Positions 56,519 through 64,000 of a stretch of DNA of 64,000 bases are shown here, one piece after another. This DNA comes from Prevotella sp. (GTDB taxonomy: Bacteria; Bacteroidota; Bacteroidia; Bacteroidales; Bacteroidaceae), in assembly GCA_016287755.1 (NCBI GenBank), contig JAEEWT010000013.1:48177-112176 (forward strand). Reading direction: 5' to 3'. Every line of letters begins with the position of its first letter. The first letter of the stretch is position 1. A model generated the notes under the pieces. That model was not told where the DNA came from. It was given only the letters and a program-made list of their open reading frames with translations, and did no database searches. Made by a program: the position numbers and the translations under genes.

Positions 56519-57520
56519 TTACTCTAACAGCTTACGTGCCAACTCCTCTGCCTCCTTCCGTGCCGGCTTCCCTGTGGCGGTCATGGGTAGGTGATCAACG
56601 AAAAGGGTGTGGCGGGGGGACCAGTATGGGGGGAGTGTGGAGTGTGGAATGTGGAATGTGGAGTGAGATATGCTTTTAGTTTGTGAATCCTCATATAGCA
56701 GCACTCCCACCTCTCCGAACTTCTCATCCTTCACCTTGGTCACCATAAACGGAACGGGAATATGGGGTTTCAGTAAACGCTCCAGCTCCTCGATCTGAAT
56801 CTTGATGCCTCCGGAGCAAATCACATTGTCTTTTCTGCCTAAGATACGGAAGCAACGACCGTCAGGACCGAACTCAGCAATATCGTTCGTAACAATCATC
56901 TCGTTACATACATGGGGGGCATGGATTACCAGACAGTGTTCATCATTCAGCGACACATCCACGCCATCAAAGGGAACATAGTAACTACTTGCCTCTGCAC
57001 CATTCAGTCGGCGCAGTGCTATATGCGAGAGTGTTTCCGTCATCCCGTACGTACTCCACACGAAATGAGGGAAATCTTTCAACGCCTGTGCCAGGTCATC
57101 ATCAATAGCACCTCCACCAATTATCAAGTGCCTGATATTCATCAGCTTGTCACGTTCTTCTGGTACCTGCAAGGTATTATATACCTGCATGGGAACCATG
57201 GCGGCAAAGTCGATTGGTTGTTCTATGCTGACCAACGGATGTCCGCTGGGCTCCACAGTGATCAGTCTCATCTTACGTTCCAAGGCTCGCACCACCATCA
57301 TCTTCCCCGCAATATAATCGGTAGAAAGACAAAGCAAGGCAGTATCTTCTTCCTTCAGTCCGAGGAAATCGCACGTGATACGGGCAGATGCCAGCATGCG
57401 CCGCTTCTCCACCCACAACGGCTTGGGCTTACCCGTAGAGCCGCTGGTGTGCACAAGGATCTTGTCGCTGGCATCGTTCCACGCAGCAAGAAAACGGTTT
57501 GTAGTTTCGGTTGCTGGCAT
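56519..57520 (-). CDS. menE: o-succinylbenzoate--CoA ligase (short Bacteroidota form)
   Basis: TSGSTGKPK, YGMTET, GRKDNVICSGG, TATGKP; lies near menC and menB. Confidence 0.85.
   Translation of the reverse strand: MPATETTNRFLAAWNDASDKILVHTSGSTGKPKPLWVEKRRMLASARITCDFLGLKEEDTALLCLSTDYIAGKMMVVRALERKMRLITVEPSGHPLVSIEQPIDFAAMVPMQVYNTLQVPEERDKLMNIRHLIIGGGAIDDDLAQALKDFPHFVWSTYGMTETLSHIALRRLNGAEASSYYVPFDGVDVSLNDEHCLVIHAPHVCNEMIVTNDIAEFGPDGRCFRILGRKDNVICSGGIKIQIEELERLLKPHIPVPFMVTKVKDEKFGEVGVLLYEDSQTKSISHSTFHIPHSTLPPYWSPRHTLFVDHLPMTATGKPARKEAEELARKLLE
56632..56673. repeat. Intragenic heptamer tract in menE
   Basis: GGAGTGTGGAGTGTGGAATGTGGAATGTGGAGTGAGATATGC; encodes ISHSTFHIPHSTL. Confidence 0.75.
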
Positions 57521-57559
57521 AGTGCTTCTTTTTTCTAGTTATACTAGTGTTTTTAGTAT

Positions 57560-58441
57560 CTACTTCGGCTCCACGTGCACCGCCACATGGGTATCTTCCC
57601 CATAGCGGTTGCGTAGCATATCCTCCACCTCAGAGGCTTTGTCGTGCGACTCCCTGAGGGATATATCACCATCCATTCGGATATGCAGTTCAATAGCATA
57701 ATGGTTCCCGATGCGGCGCGTTCGCAGGTTGTGCGGTTCCACTACACCAGGTATTGCTCCCACCATCTGCAGCATCTCCTCCTCCACGGCATCGGGCAAC
57801 GACTGTTCCATCAAATCGCCGATACCCCTGCGAAGCAGATCGATGGCTACCTTCACGATGAACACACCCACCACCACCGATGCGATGGGATCGAGTACCG
57901 TCCACCTTTTGCCTAAGAAGATGGCGCCACCGATACCGATGGCCGTACCCAACGACGAGAGGGCATCGCTGCGGTGGTGCCACGCATTGGCCTCTACCGC
58001 CTGTGAGTTCAGTTCGCGGGCTTTCACCATCGAATAACGGTACACACCCTCCTTCAAGACAATGGACAACAGGGCTGCCCACAGCGCCAGCATTCCAGGA
58101 GCCTCCAGATCAGTACCGTTGGCCCAGTCGATGATCTTGGTCATTCCGCTATATACGATTCCGATGGCTACCACCAGCAGAGCCAGTCCGATAACCGTCA
58201 TGGCCAGCGTTTCAAACTTCCCATGACCGTAGTCGTGCGACTTATCCTTAGGCTTGCCACTGATATGTACGAAAACCAATACGATGACATCGGTCACGAA
58301 GTCAGACAGCGAGTGAACAGCATCGGCCACCATGGCTGCACTGTGCCCCACGATGCCAGCCACGAATTTGAAGAGCAGCAACACTACGTTTACTGCTCCT
58401 CCGACCATGGTCACCTTATAGATTTCCTTATTTCTTTCCAT
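57560..58441 (-). CDS. Cation diffusion facilitator (FieF-like) transporter
   Basis: Start refined to ATG 58441. ADAVHSLSD, YGHGKFE, AWHHRSD, VHVEP. Confidence 0.93.
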   Translation of the reverse strand: MERNKEIYKVTMVGGAVNVVLLLFKFVAGIVGHSAAMVADAVHSLSDFVTDVIVLVFVHISGKPKDKSHDYGHGKFETLAMTVIGLALLVVAIGIVYSGMTKIIDWANGTDLEAPGMLALWAALLSIVLKEGVYRYSMVKARELNSQAVEANAWHHRSDALSSLGTAIGIGGAIFLGKRWTVLDPIASVVVGVFIVKVAIDLLRRGIGDLMEQSLPDAVEEEMLQMVGAIPGVVEPHNLRTRRIGNHYAIELHIRMDGDISLRESHDKASEVEDMLRNRYGEDTHVAVHVEPK

Positions 58442-58544
58442 TGTGAAAAATGTTGGGTGCAAAATTAAAAAATAATTATGATATGACCAAGTTTATGAAA
58501 CACTTAGCGAGCAAAAAAGAATTGTTTTTTCCCAACATATCCCG

Positions 58545-58895
58545 TAAAGCATATCCTTTCTTTGCAAAGTATTTGTAAATCAAACACTTCAGTAACGGTA
58601 GATGATTGCTGAACATATCCCGTACATTTCCCGTACATCTAACCCATCATTCACCTGAAAAGTAAAAACAACGGGAGATGTAGGTTAGATGATGGTTAGA
58701 TGTTTGGCCATCATCTAACCCACCTCAAGCCCTTTACACATCGATGTTTCAAGCATTTTGGGTTAGATGTTGGCAAGAAAATGAAAAGAACGTCTCTAAC
58801 TGAGGGAACACGAGGGTGTATTTTCATACATGCATGTGCATAAAAATACCCAGCGTCTTAAACGCTGGGAGAGAAAACGTCAAACGCTGGGAGTG
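58545..58895. repeat. Degenerate repeat-rich intergenic segment
   Basis: ACATATCCCGTA twice, CATCTAACC / GGTTAGATG direct and inverted copies, AAACGCTGGGAG twice; no credible ORF. Confidence 0.55.
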
Positions 58896-58983
58896 AGAAC
58901 GCCATTCACTCCCTCCAAACAGCATGCTCTCTAAATCGCCTATTTTTAGGATGCATAAGTATGCATTTCCATTCTTAGCGAAA

Positions 58984-60063
58984 CTACTCCTGCTTATACC
59001 ACAATTGATCACCTATGATCTCCAACGGCATAGGGATATTGTCGGTGAACAGCTGTCCTGTTCCCAAGCCCTGCGGACGTTGGATGTGCGGACCATAGAG
59101 ATAGGCCGTGAGGTGAGCAATGGCATTCAGACCGACATTGCTCTCCAATGCACTGGTAATCCATGAGCCGATATGACGGTCGTTAGCCAGATCAATCCAC
59201 TCCTTCGTACCCGCCATTCCTCCATGGAGAGAGGGCTTCAGAATGATATAGGCAGGTTTGATGATGTCGAGCAACTGACCTTTCGTATAGGAATCGTTCA
59301 CACCGATGAGTTCCTCGTCGAGGGCGATAGGTATCGGCGACTCCCTGCAAAGGAAAGCCATGTCGCCCCACTGTCCCTGACGAATAGGCTGCTCGATGGA
59401 ATGAATATCATACAACGACAACTGCTCCAGTTTCTGCAAGGCATCATCGGGCGAGAAGGCACCATTCGCATCTACCCGCAGCTCAATCTCCCGCCTACTG
59501 TAACGGCTCCTGATCTTCTTGAGCAACTCCAATTCCTGATTGAAATCGATAGCCCCGATCTTCAGCTTGACACAATGGAAGCCCTGCGCCAACTTCTGTT
59601 CAATACGCTCTCGCATCTCTTCAAAAGTACCCATCCAAACAAGTCCGTTAATGGGAATCCCTTCTTCTCCCCTACCGAAGGGAGTGTCGAAAAGCATCGT
59701 GGAACCAACCTGCAGGTTCAAGAGCGCTGTTTCCAGACCGAAGAGCATGGAGGGGTAGTCTTGTGGAGTGTGGAGTGTGGAGTGTGGAGTGAGAATAGTT
59801 CGAGGAAGGAGGAGGGAGGAAGGAGGAAGGAGATTACCAATAGGATTCTCTGAAACAAAGGATTCGCAGAAAGTAGAGAGTTTTTCTGCATAATTGGGGA
59901 TATCGTCGCACGACAGATTCGGTAGGGGCGCACACTCCCCTATGCCCTGCCTACCGTTCTCATCGGTCAGGGTGATAAACCAGGAACGACGGGTGGTGTA
60001 AGTACCACGGGATGTTCCGGCTGGCTGCTTGAAGTGCAGCACTCGTTCTTGTATTTTATACAT
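58984..60063 (-). CDS. menC: o-succinylbenzoate synthase with in-frame repeat insertion
   Basis: GIGECAPLP, INGLVWMG, KLKIG, RVDANG, EQP, ALDEEL, ILKPSLHGG, SALES. Confidence 0.93.
   Translation of the reverse strand: MYKIQERVLHFKQPAGTSRGTYTTRRSWFITLTDENGRQGIGECAPLPNLSCDDIPNYAEKLSTFCESFVSENPIGNLLPPSSLLLPRTILTPHSTLHTPQDYPSMLFGLETALLNLQVGSTMLFDTPFGRGEEGIPINGLVWMGTFEEMRERIEQKLAQGFHCVKLKIGAIDFNQELELLKKIRSRYSRREIELRVDANGAFSPDDALQKLEQLSLYDIHSIEQPIRQGQWGDMAFLCRESPIPIALDEELIGVNDSYTKGQLLDIIKPAYIILKPSLHGGMAGTKEWIDLANDRHIGSWITSALESNVGLNAIAHLTAYLYGPHIQRPQGLGTGQLFTDNIPMPLEIIGDQLWYKQE
59763..59840. repeat. Intragenic chimeric heptamer element in menC
   Basis: (GTGGAGT)4-GAGAATAGT joined to TCGAGGAAGGAGGAGGGAGGAAGGAGGAAGGAGATTAC, the rluA-type arm; encodes GNLLPPSSLLLPRTILTPHSTLHTPQ. 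Confidence 0.85.
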
Positions 60064-60072
60064 AAGTACAGG

Positions 60073-60601
60073 TTTTTAGACAGAAGAACATATTTTTTAG
60101 ACAAAAGAACAAAAGGACATAATTATTAAAACTCTATGGTTTTCGAAAAACACGGTATTTACGTTTGACTTCAATTTTGGGAGAGCCAAAATTAATTAAT
60201 AGACCATCATCAATGTGCGTGGCTGTCAGATAGTTAACCAACTGAACTTCATGGGCTGCCACCAAATTATTTACGGCTTTCAGTTCAACGATTACTCTTT
60301 CATCTACGATTAAGTCCGCCTTGAATTCTCCCACGATTTCTTCATCGTAATAAACATTCATCGGGCACTCGCTTTCATAGAAAATACCGCGTTTGTCCAA
60401 TTCTATCATGAGTGCATTTTTGTAAACAGATTCCAAAAAGCCTGGTCCCAACTGCATTCTTACATGATACGCACTATCTATGATTGTCTTTATTAACTCT
60501 TCTACATCCATCTCTATCATAAATCCTTATGGCTTATATCTTGAACATTTATTATTATGTCCTTTCGTTCTTCTGTCTAAAAAACATGTCCTTTTGTCTT
60601 A
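60073..60601. mobile_element. Inverted-repeat-bounded GxxExxY cassette (candidate mini-element)
   Basis: 34-bp IRs at 60093-60126 and 60551-60584 (31/34 identical) plus partial outer copies, bracketing a single gene. Confidence 0.55.
60134..60520 (-). CDS. GxxExxY protein (PD-(D/E)XK nuclease fold)
   Basis: 128 aa; LGPGFLESVY, KADLIVDERVIVELKAV, QLVNYL, GLLINFG. Confidence 0.93.
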   Translation of the reverse strand: MIEMDVEELIKTIIDSAYHVRMQLGPGFLESVYKNALMIELDKRGIFYESECPMNVYYDEEIVGEFKADLIVDERVIVELKAVNNLVAAHEVQLVNYLTATHIDDGLLINFGSPKIEVKRKYRVFRKP

Positions 60602-61456
60602 CGGCAATATAGGATATTTGTCAAAATCAGGTTTACGCTTCTCCAAGAACGCCTTTCCTCCCTCCTGGGCCTCATCCAGATAGTAGTAAAGCATCGTGGC
60701 GTCGCCTGCCAGTTGCTGAATACCCGCCTGACCGTCGAGCTCGGCATTCAGTCCGGCCTTGATCATACGCAGAGCCAGCGGCGAGCGTTCCATCATGATC
60801 TCCGCCCATTCCACACAGGTGTCCTCCAGCTGGTCTATCGGCACTACCTTGTTCACCATACCCATAGCCTCAGCCTCCTGGGCAGAATACTGTTTGCAGA
60901 GGAACCAGATCTCGCGTGCCTTCTTCTGTCCCACCATCCGTGCCAGGTAGCTGCTGCCGAAGCCCGCATCGAACGAGCCCACCTTCGGTCCGGTCTGTCC
61001 GAACACCGCATTCTCAGAGGCGATGGTCAGGTCGCACACCACATGTAACACATGTCCGCCACCAATGGCATAGCCGTTCACCATGGCAATGACAGGTTTG
61101 GGCAGACGACGGATCTGCATCTGCACATCCAGTACCGAAAGACGCGGCACACCCTCTTCATCCACATAACCGCCACGACCTTTCACATGCATATCACCGC
61201 CAGAGCAGAAAGCATGCTTCACGTCAGCCAGCGTCTTGCCCTCAGGCACCTCGCTCATCGCTCCTGTCAGCAGCACCACACGGATGCGCTGCAACTCGCG
61301 GCATATCGCAAAGGCTTCGCTCAACTCCTGGGTGGTCTTCGGGGTGAACGCATTACGGTAGCGCGGTCGGTTAATGGTAATCTTTGCAATGCCGTTATAC
61401 TCTTCGAAGAGAATCTCCTCGAACTTCCTGATTTCTTTCCATTCCCTGTTTGTCAT
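60599..61456 (-). CDS. menB: 1,4-dihydroxy-2-naphthoyl-CoA synthase
   Basis: [52 protein letters not shown]. Confidence 0.97.
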   Translation of the reverse strand: MTNREWKEIRKFEEILFEEYNGIAKITINRPRYRNAFTPKTTQELSEAFAICRELQRIRVVLLTGAMSEVPEGKTLADVKHAFCSGGDMHVKGRGGYVDEEGVPRLSVLDVQMQIRRLPKPVIAMVNGYAIGGGHVLHVVCDLTIASENAVFGQTGPKVGSFDAGFGSSYLARMVGQKKAREIWFLCKQYSAQEAEAMGMVNKVVPIDQLEDTCVEWAEIMMERSPLALRMIKAGLNAELDGQAGIQQLAGDATMLYYYLDEAQEGGKAFLEKRKPDFDKYPILP

Positions 61457-61589
61457 ATCTTTATTCTTCTCTAAAAATGATTTGGCAAATATACAAAGTT
61501 TTTTTTACTTATCACTTTACACGCTCACTTTCTTTCATCGCGGCAACAAAATTTTCACTCTTCACTTTCCACTTTTCGCTAAAAATAGC

Positions 61590-61688
61590 TAACTTTGCGA
61601 ATTCATTCGCGAAGTTACAATGCACTCGGCAATGCAAAGAAAAACAAGCTTTTCTTTTGCATTGCTCTCGTTTTTTCGTAACTTTGCA
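61590..61688 (+). repeat. Promoter-associated hairpin repeat, copy E (1 unit)
   Basis: TAACTTTGC at 61590 and 61679; CACTCG-GCAATGCAAAGAAAA-ACAAGC-TTTTCTTTTGCATTGC-TCTCG between them. Confidence 0.78.
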
Positions 61689-61718
61689 AACAAGAACAAA
61701 ACCTTCTATAACACAACT

Positions 61719-63404
61719 ATGCTTCAGATTCGCTGTAAAAACAATAACATGACCAAGAGTTTCCCTGAGGGAACCTCATTACTGGATGTGTATCAGGAAT
61801 TTGCCGACGACATCAAATTACCCTACCCCGTGGTCTCGGCCAAAGTAAATAACGCCTCGCAAGGACTGAAGTTCCGTCTCTATCAGAACCGCGACGTGGA
61901 GTTCCTCGATGCACGCGAGGGCTCAGGGCACCGTGTCTATGTGCGCTCTCTCTGCTTTGTGCTATACAAGGCTACACAAGACCTTTTCCCGGGTTCCAAG
62001 CTCTTCATCGAGCACACCATCTCACGCGGTTATTATTGTAACTTCAAGAAGAAGGGCTACGAGCCGATGGTCGAAGGTGACGTGGAAAAAATCCGCGAAC
62101 GCATGCAGGAGATCATCAACCTCGACATGCCGTTCCGCCGGAATGAGGCAACCACCGAGGAGGCCCTCCGTGTGTTTGCAGAGCGAGGACTGACAGACAA
62201 GGTGAAACTGTTGGAGAGTAGTGGACAGATTTACAGCGATTATTATATGCTGGGCGACACGGCAGACTACTATTATGGACCGTTGGTTCCTTCTGCCGGC
62301 TATCTGACGGTGTGGGGACTGGAAACCTACCACGACGGTATGCTGTTAAGAGTACCCGACTGGAACAATCCCACCCAACTGGCAGAGAAGGTGGATATGC
62401 CCAAGACATACGAGATGTTTGCCGAGAAGACGAAGTGGGACATCATCATGCGCCTGTCGAATGCCGGTGATGTGAACAAGGCTATCCTGAAGGGACATGC
62501 GTCGGAACTGATACAGGTGAGTGAGGCACTGCAGGAGAAAAAGATCGTGCAGATAGCTGAAGAGATTGACCGCCGTTTCCACGACGAGGAGAACCCGGTA
62601 CGAATGGTACTCATCACTGGTCCTTCTTCATCGGGCAAGACGACATTCTGTAAACGACTCAGCGTGCAGCTGCTTGCCTGCGGTCTGCGCCCGCTATCGT
62701 TCTCTACCGATGACTATTTCGTGAACCGCCTGGATACACCGAAACTGCCCAATGGCGACTACGATTTCGACAATATCGAGACCGTGGAGTATAACCTGCT
62801 CGAAGACCATCTGCTTCGACTCATGAAGGGGGAACGGGTGGAGATTCCTGAGTATAACTTCGTGACGGGTAAACGGGAATGGAACGGAAAGAAACTGAAG
62901 CTGGCCGGCGACACCGTACTGATTATTGAAGGTATCCATGCCTTGAACCCGCTGCTGACGAAGAAGATTCCCGACTCGCTGAAATACAAGATCTACATAT
63001 CGGCGCTTACCAGTATTTCGCTCGATGACCATAACTGGATTCCTGTACGCGACAACCGATTACTGCGCCGTATCATACGCGACTACAACAAAGGGGCTTA
63101 TACGGCTCAGCAGACCATTGCTCAATGGAAGAATGTGTGTGAGGCTGAGGATCAGTGGATCTTCCCCTTCCAGGAGACGGCCGATGCCATGTTCAACTCT
63201 GCCCTGAACATCGAGTTCGCAGTACTGCGCACCCATGCCGAGATTATCCTGGCCTCCGTACCTAAGAACTGTGATGAGTATGCCGAGGCACACCGTTTGC
63301 TGAAATTCCTGCGTTATTTCATTCCTATCAGCGATAAGGAGATTCCACCCACCAGTATTATGAGAGAGTTTGTGGGTGGGTCAAGCTTTAAGTACCCGAG
63401 ATAA
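61719..63404 (+). CDS. Uridine/nucleoside kinase with N-terminal ThrRS-like (TGS/editing-like) region
   Basis: Start refined to ATG 61719. Motifs TGPSSSGKTT, STDDYF, IIEGIHALNP, DNRLLRRIIRD, REFVGGS. Confidence 0.88.
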   Translation: MLQIRCKNNNMTKSFPEGTSLLDVYQEFADDIKLPYPVVSAKVNNASQGLKFRLYQNRDVEFLDAREGSGHRVYVRSLCFVLYKATQDLFPGSKLFIEHTISRGYYCNFKKKGYEPMVEGDVEKIRERMQEIINLDMPFRRNEATTEEALRVFAERGLTDKVKLLESSGQIYSDYYMLGDTADYYYGPLVPSAGYLTVWGLETYHDGMLLRVPDWNNPTQLAEKVDMPKTYEMFAEKTKWDIIMRLSNAGDVNKAILKGHASELIQVSEALQEKKIVQIAEEIDRRFHDEENPVRMVLITGPSSSGKTTFCKRLSVQLLACGLRPLSFSTDDYFVNRLDTPKLPNGDYDFDNIETVEYNLLEDHLLRLMKGERVEIPEYNFVTGKREWNGKKLKLAGDTVLIIEGIHALNPLLTKKIPDSLKYKIYISALTSISLDDHNWIPVRDNRLLRRIIRDYNKGAYTAQQTIAQWKNVCEAEDQWIFPFQETADAMFNSALNIEFAVLRTHAEIILASVPKNCDEYAEAHRLLKFLRYFIPISDKEIPPTSIMREFVGGSSFKYPR

Positions 63405-63420
63405 AGACAGGTATTGACAG

Positions 63421-63460
63421 AAGTACAGGTTTTTAGACAGAAGAACAAAAGAACATAAAA
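63421..63460. repeat. Orphan copy of the GxxExxY-cassette end
   Basis: AAGTACAGGTTTTTAGACAGAAGAACA (27 nt) is identical to 60064-60090. Confidence 0.8.
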
Positions 63461-63493
63461 TATATAGAAGGATAAAGATCATAGAGAATAGAG

Positions 63494-64000
63494 ATGTATT
63501 GCAATAAAGAGAATGTCAATATTCTGACGGCGTTACTGGTGGCACATGGTATAGATCATGCTGTGGTGTGTCCAGGTAGTAGGAATGCACCTATCGTGCA
63601 TAACCTTCATGAATGCCCGGATATCCAGTGCTACCCTGTTACCGATGAGCGCTCTGCCGGTTTCTATGCTTTGGGCATGGCGCAGGCGTTGAATAAGTCT
63701 GTGGCGGTATGCGTCACGTCGGGTACGGCATTACTCAACCTCGCTCCTGCCGTGGCAGAAGCCTATTATCAGCATGTGCCTCTCGTTGTTATCTCAGCCG
63801 ACCGTCCTCCGCAGTGGATCGACCAGTTGGATGGTCAGACGCTTCCGCAACCGGATGCCTTAGGACGCTTCGTGAAAAAAGCGGTTACGCTACCAGAACC
63901 GCATGATGCAGAAGAACACTGGTATTGCAACAGGTTGGTGAACGAGGCACTGATAGAAACCCGTCATCAAGAGGATGGACCCGTACACATCAACGTGCCT
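63494..64000 (+). CDS. menD: SEPHCHC synthase (5' part, runs off the window)
   Basis: Translates [15 protein letters not shown]...[10 protein letters not shown]...[12 protein letters not shown]...[11 protein letters not shown]...ISADRP. Confidence 0.93.
   Translation, partial: MYCNKENVNILTALLVAHGIDHAVVCPGSRNAPIVHNLHECPDIQCYPVTDERSAGFYALGMAQALNKSVAVCVTSGTALLNLAPAVAEAYYQHVPLVVISADRPPQWIDQLDGQTLPQPDALGRFVKKAVTLPEPHDAEEHWYCNRLVNEALIETRHQEDGPVHINVP

Noticed and set aside
61215-61262. About 12-aa insertion in MenB ([15 protein letters not shown]) as another repeat element
   Set aside because: The DNA has no heptamer periodicity, palindrome or core motif, and loop insertions at this position occur in other MenB proteins.

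Overview
A Bacteroidota chromosomal window, most consistent with Prevotellaceae given the gene content and the TAnnTTTG -7 promoter boxes just upstream of many starts. It is mostly housekeeping: asnA, pdxS/pdxT/pdxK, pepT, lptD, queF/yhhQ, coaE-yajC-nusB, rplY-pth-hslR-purN, aroB, mutY and menB/C/D/E, plus tRNA-Arg(CCG), transporters and two very large T9SS-type secreted proteins preceded by an unannotated 45-aa KxYxxP peptide. I found no integrase, transposase, cas gene or CRISPR array. The unexplained signal is in small repeats. (1) A heptamer-armed palindromic element of up to about 130 bp sits in frame inside conserved genes: three copies in rluA and related tracts in an HD protein, menC, menE and aroB, resembling Rickettsia palindromic elements. 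(2) A 74-89 bp hairpin unit ends in, and duplicates, the sigma-A -7 box at five promoters, sometimes in tandem. (3) A GxxExxY PD-(D/E)XK gene is bracketed by 34-bp inverted repeats inside the men cluster, with an orphan end 3.3 kb away. A degenerate ThiD/PdxK-AraC fusion heading the B6 operon is a candidate vitamer-sensing regulator. All family assignments come from motif recognition by eye; no database searches were run.
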